Shown: positions 9,887 to 18,898, numbered from the stretch's first letter. The stretch: DNA of 56,552 nt from Burkholderiaceae bacterium (GCA_027486025.1 JAIXPY010000087.1:1-56552), one strand, 5' to 3'. Made by a program: numbers and translations. The notes: a model not told the origin generated them from the letters alone.

Positions 9887-10183
9887 TCAAGCAAAGTAGC
9901 GGTCTAGGATCCCCAAAATAGCTACCCCTGAAATCAAAATGCCACCCAACTTGTAAACCAATTTGTGTTCGATCACGCTCAGCTGCGTATGAATGCATTG
10001 AATGTCAATCCGAAGAGCGTTGATTTCGTGCTTCACTTCCTGCATTTGGGTTTGGGTTGCATAGTGTTCATGGTGATCATTCTCGTAAATGCTATCCAGG
10101 ATCGCTTTTGCTTGAGGCTCAGTAAATCCACTGGACTGTAAGTTTTTAATAATGCAGTAGGTATCTACGGGACGATGGATCAT
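9887..10183 (-). CDS. DUF1640/CCDC90-like coiled-coil membrane-anchored protein (probable start ATG 10183)
   Basis: DT..IIKNLQSSGFTEPQAKAI, ATxxQ, coiled coil, C-terminal hydrophobic helix KLGGILISGVAILG. Confidence 0.75.
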   Translation of the reverse strand: MIHRPVDTYCIIKNLQSSGFTEPQAKAILDSIYENDHHEHYATQTQMQEVKHEINALRIDIQCIHTQLSVIEHKLVYKLGGILISGVAILGILDRYFA

Positions 10184-10202
10184 GAAATTTATAACGCTTT
10201 TT

Positions 10203-10814
10203 CTAGTTAAGTAGATAGTCTGAATGTTCAAGCATTGGCGCTTTCACTTTATGACCTAAAGTTGCTAAAAAAAGATTAACACCTTCACGACGAACAAACT
10301 TCATCGCTGGCAAGAAATCACTATCACCAGTTACTAAAACAATTGCATTTACTTGATTCTTTAAAGATAGCGCAGCCATATCCATTCCGATCCGCATATC
10401 AACACCTTTTTGGGTAATTCGAGGGCGTAAATCAGCAGGCGAAATCGTAAGACTTGACTGAGCCGCTTTTAGTAGGCGAGGCTTTAAATCCCACCCATTA
10501 AAACTCAATTCACCTAACCTTAAGGCCAAAAAGGGAATTAGTCCCAAATTTTTAAATAAAGACTCAGCGTAATTTACAACCGGGTGCGATCCAAAATCAA
10601 GAGTACTTTGATCTAATGGATTCTTTTCTGAATTCTTCAGTGGGTGAGAGTCATAGTAATAGATGCGATGTAAATCAAAGTTATCTAAAGCGACATGGCA
10701 TTTGACATCATCTACAAAGCGTTCGATATCGGAAGCTTGCATTGGAAGATTTGGCCCACGAGATAGTTTTCGCTTGATGAACCCGCCGTCAATGAGAATG
10801 GCATACTTTTTCAT
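10203..10814 (-). CDS. NYN-domain (LabA/DUF88, PIN-like) ribonuclease
   Basis: AILIDGGF, RIYYYDS, QKGVDMRIGMD, LVTGDSDFLPAMKFVRREGV. Confidence 0.9.
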   Translation of the reverse strand: MKKYAILIDGGFIKRKLSRGPNLPMQASDIERFVDDVKCHVALDNFDLHRIYYYDSHPLKNSEKNPLDQSTLDFGSHPVVNYAESLFKNLGLIPFLALRLGELSFNGWDLKPRLLKAAQSSLTISPADLRPRITQKGVDMRIGMDMAALSLKNQVNAIVLVTGDSDFLPAMKFVRREGVNLFLATLGHKVKAPMLEHSDYLLN

Positions 10815-10900
10815 TGCAGTGCTACTCGACGGGTCGGCAGTCGGGCTGCCTGTTATATGCCACCCGTGGTTTCGCGTTTTTTATTTGCTTGCTCATTATA
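10815..10900 (-). promoter_or_regulatory. Perfect TATAAT -10 box (10895-10900) followed by a GC-rich structured leader of the NYN gene
   Basis: Stem ACGGGT/ACCCGT (10829-10834 with 10862-10867) enclosing hairpin GGCAG/CTGCC (10836-10850); no canonical -35 found. Confidence 0.5.
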
Positions 10901-11097
10901 CAGTTGTGGACAAAAAAACTACTCTCAAGAAGTTGATCGCATTTATTTTTTTGTTTGAATTAATGGGAAAAGAGACCTCCATTTTAAATTAGCCTTTTAA
11001 AGAGCCAAAATAATAGTTTGTAGGACAGCAGGGTGATTACGATGGGGATAGCGGTATAGTCAGCAACATTAATTACTCAAAACAATACGGCAACAAT

Positions 11098-11919
11098 ATG
11101 GATAGCATTTTTTTCGTTTTCTCTAAGGCAATTCACATTCTGATTGAGCCCCTCAATTGGCTCCTGATTCTGATTGCTTTTGCGTTGCTATTTTTACTGC
11201 TGCGTAAGAATCACCTGGTGCGGCGTGCATTGGGCATTGCACTCTGCTTAGGATTCTTCATTGGCTATATGCCCACTTCGCAGTTTGCGATGCGCATCTT
11301 GGAGGATGCTGTGCCGCAGACGCCGCTGACGCCAGAGTTGTTGGGCCAAGTAGGCGGTGTTCTTATTTTAGGCGGCGCGATAGAGGGTGGACCCATTGCA
11401 CGGGATCGTGGCGAGGTATCAATTTATTCCTCTGCTGAGCGGGTAACAAAAGCGTTTCAGCTGCTACGCCAACATCCAGAACTGCCATTTATCTTTAGTG
11501 GCTATTCGGGGCGCCTCCTTCCGCAAGGGCTTTCTGAAGCCGATGCATTTAAACAGTTGCTGCAAGAGCAGGGCCTAAGCAATCATCCTGGTTACTACGA
11601 AAACCAATCCCGCAATACCTATGAAAATATGCTCTACTCCAAAAAAATCATTGATGGCATGGCAGAAAAAGAAGGCGCCTCAGTTAAGCCATGGCTCTTA
11701 ATCACGTCAGCACGGCACATGCTGCGCTCGATGCAGGTGGCGCATAAACAGGGCGTGGATGTAGTGCCTGTGTTGGTGGATTACCAAACCAGCAATTCCT
11801 ACACTTGGCATCGCTTTGATTTAGTGGAAGGCGGTGAGCAGTGGAATTGGTTGATTCATGAGCTGGTTGGAATGGTTACTTATTGGATTACCGGCAAAGG
11901 GTCATTTTCGGTAAAATGA
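11098..11919 (+). CDS. YdcF/ElyC (DUF218) family envelope protein
   Basis: ILGGA, FSGYSG, ENQSRNTYEN, LITSARHMLRS, HELVG; N-terminal TM helices. Confidence 0.88.
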   Translation: MDSIFFVFSKAIHILIEPLNWLLILIAFALLFLLLRKNHLVRRALGIALCLGFFIGYMPTSQFAMRILEDAVPQTPLTPELLGQVGGVLILGGAIEGGPIARDRGEVSIYSSAERVTKAFQLLRQHPELPFIFSGYSGRLLPQGLSEADAFKQLLQEQGLSNHPGYYENQSRNTYENMLYSKKIIDGMAEKEGASVKPWLLITSARHMLRSMQVAHKQGVDVVPVLVDYQTSNSYTWHRFDLVEGGEQWNWLIHELVGMVTYWITGKGSFSVK

Positions 11920-11925
11920 CCTTAC

Positions 11926-12654
11926 ATGAGTACTCCCAAGAAAACCTCCAATAGCAAGCGCATAAATGACGCAGAAGGCCCGGGCTCGGCCTCGGCTTTT
12001 CCGGATGCGACGCCGCAGCCGAGTAGCCAACTAGCCAATCAATTTTTACTCGCTATGCCAGGCATGCTGGATGAGCAGTTTGCGGGTTCGGTGGTTTACC
12101 TCTTTGAGCACAATGCCAAAGGCGCTATGGGCCTCGTTGTGAATCGCCCAACCGATGTCAATTTATCCACCTTACTCGATAAAATCGAACTTAAGCTAGA
12201 GATCACCCCATTTGCCGACCAGGCCGTCTATTTTGGTGGTCCAGTGCAAACCGAGCGCGGCTTTGTATTGCATGAACCACCTAATTTGAGAGTCGCAGAT
12301 GCAGGAGCCAGTGTTGATCCCTCCGCCAGTCCAGCTGCATCGGCTACACCAAGCTATAGCTCATCGTTAACTGTGCCGGGCGGTCTGACGATGACGACAT
12401 CGAAAGATGTATTGGAAGCGGTTGCCAAGGGCAATGGCCCAAAACGCTTCATCATGACCTTAGGTTATGCCGGTTGGGGCGCTGGCCAGCTAGAAGAAGA
12501 AATCGCCCTCAATGGCTGGATTAATGCCGAACTCAGCCGTGCGCAAATGGCCGAGATCATCTTCAATACACCTGCAGAGCAGCGCTACCAACGCGCCATG
12601 CAAGCCCTCGGCTTTGATCCCGCCGATCTATCAGGGCAAGTGGGGCATGCGTAA
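11926..12654 (+). CDS. yqgE: YqgE/AlgH family protein
   Basis: FLLAMP, EHNAKGAMGLVVNRP, GGPVQTERGFVLH, LGYAGWGAGQLEEEI..NGW. Confidence 0.93.
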   Translation: MSTPKKTSNSKRINDAEGPGSASAFPDATPQPSSQLANQFLLAMPGMLDEQFAGSVVYLFEHNAKGAMGLVVNRPTDVNLSTLLDKIELKLEITPFADQAVYFGGPVQTERGFVLHEPPNLRVADAGASVDPSASPAASATPSYSSSLTVPGGLTMTTSKDVLEAVAKGNGPKRFIMTLGYAGWGAGQLEEEIALNGWINAELSRAQMAEIIFNTPAEQRYQRAMQALGFDPADLSGQVGHA

Positions 12655-12708
12655 CGCAGCCGGTAATCTGACCATGATTCAGTTGCAAGGCAATGCAAGG
12701 CTGCCTGC

Positions 12709-13152
12709 ATGATGGAGACAAAAGCCATTACCGCCCTTGCATTTGACTTTGGCACCCGCCGCATTGGTTTGGCGGTGGGTAATTCGATTACAGGCTCGAG
12801 TCAGGCATTGGCCCCTATTACTGCTGACAATGATGATGTCCGCTTTACCCTCATCGCCGCTCAAATTAAAGAATGGGCGCCCGAACAATTGGTGGTGGGT
12901 TTGCCCTGCCATCCTGATGGTGCTGAGCACGCCATGACGGCAAAAGCACGGCGCTTTGGTAATCAGCTGTACGGGCGCTTTGGCTTACCCGTAGCCTGGG
13001 TCGACGAGCGCTACACCTCGGCCGTACTTGAAAACGATCCCGAGTTTAAGAAAAGCCAAGCCACTAAGAAAGACGGTAGCTTAGACTCTGCTTCAGCTGG
13101 ATTGATTTTGGAGCAGTATTTTTTGGAATCCAAACCTCTAAATCCAGGTTAA
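12709..13152 (+). CDS. ruvX: YqgF/RuvX nuclease
   Basis: LAFDFGTRRIGLAVG, VVGLP, VDERYTS, DSASAGLILEQY; follows yqgE. Confidence 0.94.
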   Translation: MMETKAITALAFDFGTRRIGLAVGNSITGSSQALAPITADNDDVRFTLIAAQIKEWAPEQLVVGLPCHPDGAEHAMTAKARRFGNQLYGRFGLPVAWVDERYTSAVLENDPEFKKSQATKKDGSLDSASAGLILEQYFLESKPLNPG

Positions 13153-13198
13153 AAAATCACCAGCATGCGGATTTTATAAAAGCCCCAGCGAGGCTTTA

Positions 13199-13582
13199 CT
13201 ACGCAGCCTTAGACACCTTTTCCTTCCTTGGGCGCTGTTTTTCATCTTTGAGCTTAGATCGCGCGGCGCTTTGCTTTTGCAGTGTTTCAAGCGCCATGAT
13301 TTTTAGTTCGTCGTCAACAAACCGCCTCAAGGCTTCCCGCATTAAAGGTTGATAAGCCATTTGATACTTGTCGCCTAACAGTTTGAATGTATCTATCAGC
13401 TCTTTATCCAATCGAATGGAGATCATTTGCAAACCTAGCGCATCATCTATTTGATCGCCGAGCTCTTTACTAGCTGCTACGGCATATTTTTTATCCCTGC
13501 CTAATTTACCGCTTTCCCAAGATGTCGGAGTATCTGCAATTTCCATTACACGTTGTTTGGAGTTCATTGGATTCCTTATCAA
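13199..13582 (-). CDS. CopG/BrnA-like ribbon-helix-helix antitoxin, apparently orphan
   Basis: WESGKLG, LQMISIRLDKELI, YQPLMREALRRF pattern; no toxin ORF upstream. Confidence 0.65.
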   Translation of the reverse strand: MIRNPMNSKQRVMEIADTPTSWESGKLGRDKKYAVAASKELGDQIDDALGLQMISIRLDKELIDTFKLLGDKYQMAYQPLMREALRRFVDDELKIMALETLQKQSAARSKLKDEKQRPRKEKVSKAA

Positions 13583-13820
13583 TGCTGTAGATACACCAGT
13601 AGTAATTATAGATAACTACCTTGCATGGATAATGATTGAAACCAAATTGCAATAAGTATTAAAAGTTAGATTTATAAAATTGAATACTAAAAAATATTCG
13701 CATACATAATTCGAAGATGAAGGAAGAATTGATTTCAAAGAAGATCACGTAGACACAAATAAAGCGCTACACCCTCTCTTTGCGCCATATGATTTACAAA
13801 AAATCATTTCCTGTAAATGA

Positions 13821-14561
13821 CTAATGGATAGGGCTTAAACCATAAGCTAATTCCAAGCGCGCCTTTACTCGCATGAAATCAGGATGCGCATTGATACTGA
13901 CTAGGTTAATGAAATCCCTTAAATCAGCAGAGATTCTGGGAGTCAAGGCAATCCTTGACTGAGGGTTCAACAGGCTAGATAAATTGACTACATCATCCAG
14001 GTGTTTACGAATATCCCCAGGCCGAACAGAGGCTCCAGCTTTACTACTATGGGTTAGATTGAGCCATGCAAGTGCCTTTAGGGGAATTAGCCGATCTTCT
14101 GTAATCCAAGTAAGGCCTTCCTTTATTTTGCGGCCGCTTATTACAAAGTCGTAATAATCCCCGTCAAGCAAAATTGCGGACATATCTGAAATACCCTCTG
14201 CCATTGGAATTGGGGTTAAACGACTGTCATCAAATAGTTCGATTCCCTGAGGCAATCTAGAAAACAGCTCTACCATCCATGGAAAGTCATCCTCCTTCGG
14301 CTTATGAAATCGGTAAAGCCGAGGATTGCCATTGCTATGCTGTTTGACTTCATAGCCGCCGGTATCGATAAACCGCCAGAAGATCTCCCCAAACTCCGGC
14401 CTTAAGGCTTCTAAATGTAAGACTACATCCAAGTCTTTGGTACCTCGAAATGGCAACCCAAATTCCTGCATGGTCAGTGAGGCTGCCGTTCCACCAATTA
14501 ATACATATTGATCCGTACAGGTTTTAAACCATTCCGAAAAAATATCCAATCCCCTTACCAT
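13821..14561 (-). CDS. Predicted nucleotidyltransferase toxin (AbiEii-like)
   Basis: YVLIGGTA...FRGTKDLDVVL NTase motif; LK.LAW, KHLDDV. Confidence 0.78.
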   Translation of the reverse strand: MVRGLDIFSEWFKTCTDQYVLIGGTAASLTMQEFGLPFRGTKDLDVVLHLEALRPEFGEIFWRFIDTGGYEVKQHSNGNPRLYRFHKPKEDDFPWMVELFSRLPQGIELFDDSRLTPIPMAEGISDMSAILLDGDYYDFVISGRKIKEGLTWITEDRLIPLKALAWLNLTHSSKAGASVRPGDIRKHLDDVVNLSSLLNPQSRIALTPRISADLRDFINLVSINAHPDFMRVKARLELAYGLSPIH

Positions 14562-15556
14562 CTAAATTCCTTTTCTAAATCACTGAGTGCGAGTTCAATT
14601 CTGGAATCACCGCTATCCCTAAAACTCAGCCATAAAGAAAGGGAATCTATACACGGCGTACCAGATAAAGTTACGTTTTCGCTCCGCTGCATTCGCGGCT
14701 CATATGCCCAAATTTGGTAACACGTAGCCCCAGGTTCTTTTTCAGGCAAGACCGTGATTCTTGCTTGATGTTCTCGCCATTGCGCAGGAGACAGAGCATA
14801 GCAAGTTTCTTGATCCGCATTCACCATGGTGAGTTTGGATAGAGCTGAAATACCTGCCAGACAAGTCTCTGAAGGCCGTAAGAAAACCGGACTGTGAGTC
14901 CATATTTCAGATTTCACAGGTGACCTTAAGAACGGCTTTGCTTTTTGCCAAATGACTTCATGCCCATCGTTACTGCGTAGGTATTTGCGACGACCTAAAC
15001 TGAATTCCTCAAACAATTCCAGTTCAACTAATTCAGCAACAGCCCGTGAGGCAGTCATGTTGGAATACTGCAACGTTGCTGCAATTTCGCTAGGTGACCA
15101 CTCTGATGCTAGGGCTTGGTTTTGCAGAAACCACAATAGCATCGCCTGCGTTGCTGGGTTTAGTGCGCGGACAGGCGCTTTTCTCTGGCGATGAAAGTAC
15201 TCACGTAAATCAATGCCCAGCTCCATTAGATAAAGCTGATTACCTGGCACCAAAAAAGAAATCTTTTGTTCAATTAAGTAGCGTCTTTCATAGGATGCCA
15301 AGGATTCAAAACAAAGCACCAAGAGTTCGTCCTTGGGCGTGTGCGTTAAAGCAGTGCGGATTTGCCGTAAAGGGGTGTCTTTTTTGGGCGTGGCTAGAGT
15401 GACTAAGTGCCGCCCTAATTCCATTTGTAAAAATACAAACTCGTCTTGAAGCAGGTAAGGCAATTGCTGAGTCTTGGGGTAATCGACTAATGTCAGATTA
15501 GTCAGCCCAAGGGTGCTGCCCAGGTACTGGGCGATGGATTCTTTTGATATTAACAT
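14555..15556 (-). CDS. wHTH-containing AbiEi-like antitoxin/regulator
   Basis: RRYLIEQKISFLVPGNQLYL, central HTH (SEIAATLQYSNMTASRAVAEL), AGISALS, D.LSLWLS...D.RIE; overlaps the NTase start. Confidence 0.72.
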   Translation of the reverse strand: MLISKESIAQYLGSTLGLTNLTLVDYPKTQQLPYLLQDEFVFLQMELGRHLVTLATPKKDTPLRQIRTALTHTPKDELLVLCFESLASYERRYLIEQKISFLVPGNQLYLMELGIDLREYFHRQRKAPVRALNPATQAMLLWFLQNQALASEWSPSEIAATLQYSNMTASRAVAELVELELFEEFSLGRRKYLRSNDGHEVIWQKAKPFLRSPVKSEIWTHSPVFLRPSETCLAGISALSKLTMVNADQETCYALSPAQWREHQARITVLPEKEPGATCYQIWAYEPRMQRSENVTLSGTPCIDSLSLWLSFRDSGDSRIELALSDLEKEFRW

Positions 15557-15563
15557 AATTAAA

Positions 15564-15592
15564 GCACGATAACATAATTTATGTTATCGTGC
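15564..15592. promoter_or_regulatory. Perfect 14-bp inverted repeat, candidate autorepression operator of the AbiE-like operon
   Basis: GCACGATAACATAA-t-TTATGTTATCGTGC, 7 nt before the start codon; partial copy TAACATAATT at 15551-15560. Confidence 0.75.
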
Positions 15593-15878
15593 AAAATATT
15601 GTTCTATACCAGTATTTAGACTCAGTAAGTGCGATGAACGGCTAATTAGCGATGACCTCAAGGTTGCCGTTTAAGACCTGATTTTTTCTAAACAGCCAAT
15701 CATGACGGTTTTTTGGCCAATTTAATACAAAAAAACTGCTGTGCATGTCCCCGGCACAATAAAATAAGCATCACTGCGCCTGTATGCAGCAGCTGAAATG
15801 CAGCAGAGAGATGTAAACCTTCCAGAAGTTGCAAGCCAGCGCAACAGCGCACGAGATAAACCCTTTCAGGACACCAGG

Positions 15879-16403
15879 ATGGACGCCGAGTTACTGTACA
15901 AAAAGCTGCTAGCCCATCTGCAAACCAGAATAACTAACTCCAATCCACCATTGGCGCTAGCCGGTCTGGCGATTGGTGGCGCTTGGATTGCCGAACGCTT
16001 GGCACGCGATTTAGGCTTGCCACACCACGGCGTGATCAATGTCGCCTTTCACCGGGACGACTATGCCGAAAAGGGCTTGGCTGCGATGCGCTCAGCCGAT
16101 GGCATGGCGACCCACTTGCCATTTGAGGTGGCGGGTGCGCACATCGTGCTGATTGATGATGTTTTGCTCACCGGCAGAACCGTGCGCGCCGCTCTAAATG
16201 AATTATTTGATTTTGGTCGCCCAGCCAGTGTGGAGCTAATGGTACTCGCCGATCGCGGTAAGCGGGAGTTACCGATCGCCGCTGACTTTGTGGGGGAGCA
16301 TGTGAGCGTGCCCGACCACCAAATACTTGCATTAGAAAAGCACGGTTCAGATGCAAAAGGTGATCAATACACATTTCGCTTTGTTCTGGAGGAACGAGTA
16401 TGA
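15879..16403 (+). CDS. pyrR: Bifunctional pyrimidine regulator/uracil phosphoribosyltransferase (probable start ATG 15879)
   Basis: [33 protein letters not shown]. Confidence 0.93.
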   Translation: MDAELLYKKLLAHLQTRITNSNPPLALAGLAIGGAWIAERLARDLGLPHHGVINVAFHRDDYAEKGLAAMRSADGMATHLPFEVAGAHIVLIDDVLLTGRTVRAALNELFDFGRPASVELMVLADRGKRELPIAADFVGEHVSVPDHQILALEKHGSDAKGDQYTFRFVLEERV

Positions 16404-17386
16404 GTATTCAGACTAAGCAGATCAAGCAGACGAACCAGACAAACCAGATCAATGAGGCGGGTGAACTCACTCATTTACTAACCTTAGAGGGCATGCCAAA
16501 AGAGCAGATCCTCCATATTCTGGATACGGCCCAGCAGTTTGTCAGCGTGACCGATCCAGCGCGTGAAGTTAAAAAAGTGCCACTCCTTAGAGGCAAGAGC
16601 GTATTCAATCTCTTTTTTGAGAACTCCACGCGTACACGCACGACCTTTGAGATTGCCGCAAAGCGCTTATCGGCCGACGTCATTAATTTGGATATTTCTA
16701 CCTCGTCCACTACCAAGGGCGAGAGCCTGATCGATACGATTGATAACTTGATTGCGATGCAGGCCGATATCTTTGTGGTGCGCCACAGCGTCTCGCGCGC
16801 CCCCATTGAGATTGCCAATCACGTACCACCCTATGTGCATGTGATCAATGCGGGTGATGGTAGTCATCAGCACCCAACGCAGGGTTTGCTCGATATGTAC
16901 ACCATGCGCCACTTTAAGCAGGACTTCAGTAAACTCAAAGTAGCGATTGTGGGTGACATTGTGCATAGCCGGGTCGCGAAGTCGAACATTCATGCGCTTA
17001 CGGCCTTGGGTTGCACTGACATCCGTGCCATTGGCCCAGAGAGCCTATTACCGAATGATTTGGATATGCTGGGTGTGAAGGTCTTTCACAGCATGGAAGA
17101 GGGCTTGCGCGGCGTCGATGTAGTAATGACCCTACGTATTCAGAAAGAGCGCATGGAAGCCGGTAAGGTACCGGAAGGCGATGCTTTCTTTAAACAGTTT
17201 GGTTTAACGCAAGAACGTCTAGCGCTTGCTAAGCCCGATGCGATTGTGATGCACCCCGGTCCCATGAACCGCGGTGTGGAGATTGACTCCAAAGTCGCGG
17301 ATGGTGCGCAGTCGGTCATTCTCAAGCAAGTCACTTTTGGGATTGCAGTACGCATGGCAGTGATGTCGATTGTGGCGGGTAATTAA
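16400..17386 (+). CDS. pyrB: Aspartate carbamoyltransferase catalytic subunit
   Basis: [42 protein letters not shown]. Confidence 0.97.
   Translation: MSIQTKQIKQTNQTNQINEAGELTHLLTLEGMPKEQILHILDTAQQFVSVTDPAREVKKVPLLRGKSVFNLFFENSTRTRTTFEIAAKRLSADVINLDISTSSTTKGESLIDTIDNLIAMQADIFVVRHSVSRAPIEIANHVPPYVHVINAGDGSHQHPTQGLLDMYTMRHFKQDFSKLKVAIVGDIVHSRVAKSNIHALTALGCTDIRAIGPESLLPNDLDMLGVKVFHSMEEGLRGVDVVMTLRIQKERMEAGKVPEGDAFFKQFGLTQERLALAKPDAIVMHPGPMNRGVEIDSKVADGAQSVILKQVTFGIAVRMAVMSIVAGN
16409..16453 (+). repeat. Five degenerate 9-bp tandem repeats in the pyrB 5' end
   Basis: cagactaag cagatcaag cagacgaac cagacaaac cagatcaat, encoding [15 protein letters not shown]. Confidence 0.8.
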
Positions 17387-17392
17387 GAAAAT

Positions 17393-17462
17393 AAAGAACG
17401 CACACACTAATAACGCCATACTAAGAACGCAAGACTAAGAACGCAAGACCAAGAACACACGA
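17393..17462 (+). repeat. About five degenerate 14-bp tandem repeats (consensus CTAAGAACGCAAGA)
   Basis: aaagaacgcacaca / ctaataacgccata / ctaagaacgcaaga / ctaagaacgcaaga / ccaagaacacacga. Confidence 0.8.
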
Positions 17463-17470
17463 TTAAAACA

Positions 17471-18898
17471 GTGACGGCTCCATTACCCCAGATCACCAGC
17501 AAGAAGCGCTGGTTACTGTTATCGCATGCCTTCAATATGGACGGCAGGGCTGCAAGCCAAACCATTACCGATAAGATCCCTTATTTTTTAGAAGCAGGTA
17601 TTGATCTGACGGTGTTTAGCTCGATTACTGGCATTAAAGATACCCGTTTTGAACATCGGCAGTTTTTAGCCTGGGGCCCAGCTGCCTTTCGGTTTGACTT
17701 TCGGCATTGGTTTGCTAATCAATACGGTCGGGGCCTTGCTTACAAAATCGTGACCACTGCAGTCTCCATCGTATTGGCGCCATTCATTGCTTTGGAGCGA
17801 TTGCTGCTCGGTTTCTCTAGTCAGTGGTCGTGGGCTATTCCAGCCTATCTGCATGGAAAAAAGCGAATTCAGAATAAAGAAGTGGATGTGGTGTATTCCA
17901 CTGCGGGGGCTTGGTCGGCGCAGCTGGCCGCCTTGTGGCTCAAAAAAAGCACCGGTGTATTTTGGATGACCGAGATACACGATCCCTTGGTAATACGCAG
18001 TAGTCCCGATGATGTGGGTTTTGGAGATCAACCCAATCGCGACGCCCGTTTTCGTAAGTGGCTGGAGGCGCAAATTTGCAAACATGCGGATGTGGCCTGG
18101 TGGTTTACCGATGGCGCTGTGCATTACGCCAAACTGCGTAACCCCAACTTAAATGAGCCAGGCAATGCCAAAGGGGTGATGGTCATTCCGGGGGCAGAGC
18201 CACCGGGCGCTGCAGGAGAAGTAAGTAATGTAACAGTGCCAGCAGCGCCAGCAGGGCAGGTAGTACAGAAACCCAAAGAAGAACACCCCCATCGCTATGG
18301 CGCACATTTGGTGATTAGCCACTTTGGTTCCTTGGCGAAGAACCGCTCGATTTCAACAATTCTGAATCGCCTACCAAACCTCTTTCAAAAGCACCCAGAA
18401 GCACGCTCAGTGATTCAGGTGCATGTGTATGGTGCAAAGGTGGATCCGTTCACGGCAGAGGCGATTGCGCAGCATGGCTTTGCCGATCTGGTGATCGAGC
18501 ATGGCCGGATTGAAAAAGACCCCATTACCGGCAAATCCGGGCGCGAGCGCATTGCGGAATGCATGCAGGCCTCAGATGTACTTTTGTTGCTGCATGGCGA
18601 TGATGCGTGGTGCGCCGAGTACATTCCATCGAAGATGTACGAGTACTTCTGGATGGGTAGACCCATTTGGGCCATCACCCACCTCAATCCCCAGATGAAT
18701 GCCTTGCTCGCTGAGCGCAATGCCTATATCAGTACCGCCGATGATGCGGCTTCGATTGATCAGACCTTAGAGCGCATTTGGCTGGATTGGCAGCAGAAAA
18801 ATCTGATGCCATTGGCCTTTAAGCCAATTGGGGTGGATCAGGCTGCGCAAAGAATCTTACAATTTGTAGAATGCATACCAACGGCAAAAGCCCAATGA
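17471..18898 (+). CDS. GT-B fold glycosyltransferase (GT4-like)
   Basis: DVVYST, EIHDP, HFGSL, SDVLLLLH, YIPSKMYEY..GRPI. Confidence 0.75.
   Translation: MTAPLPQITSKKRWLLLSHAFNMDGRAASQTITDKIPYFLEAGIDLTVFSSITGIKDTRFEHRQFLAWGPAAFRFDFRHWFANQYGRGLAYKIVTTAVSIVLAPFIALERLLLGFSSQWSWAIPAYLHGKKRIQNKEVDVVYSTAGAWSAQLAALWLKKSTGVFWMTEIHDPLVIRSSPDDVGFGDQPNRDARFRKWLEAQICKHADVAWWFTDGAVHYAKLRNPNLNEPGNAKGVMVIPGAEPPGAAGEVSNVTVPAAPAGQVVQKPKEEHPHRYGAHLVISHFGSLAKNRSISTILNRLPNLFQKHPEARSVIQVHVYGAKVDPFTAEAIAQHGFADLVIEHGRIEKDPITGKSGRERIAECMQASDVLLLLHGDDAWCAEYIPSKMYEYFWMGRPIWAITHLNPQMNALLAERNAYISTADDAASIDQTLERIWLDWQQKNLMPLAFKPIGVDQAAQRILQFVECIPTAKAQ

Noticed and set aside
10663-10992. 109-aa plus-strand ORF opposite NYN, and the other short shadow ORFs in the track
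   Set aside because: They lie antisense or out of frame to well-supported genes and have no recognisable motifs
3806-15592. Integron, prophage or IS-borne island
   Set aside because: No integrase, transposase, phage gene, shared cassette-end repeat or target-site duplication was found by eye; the cassettes alternate with core genes
15798-15878. Long N-terminal extensions of pyrR (and likewise rfbC, GT90, the WavQ-like gene, the ThDP enzyme and GT4)
   Set aside because: Downstream starts fit family N-termini and stop/start coupling better; the extensions are longest-ORF artefacts
17393-17462. Possible CRISPR or mini-array
   Set aside because: The units are 14-bp head-to-tail repeats with no unique spacers, and there are no cas genes in the window
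16400-17470. Absence of pyrC after pyrB as a pathway defect
   Set aside because: A dihydroorotase may be encoded elsewhere; this cannot be judged from the window
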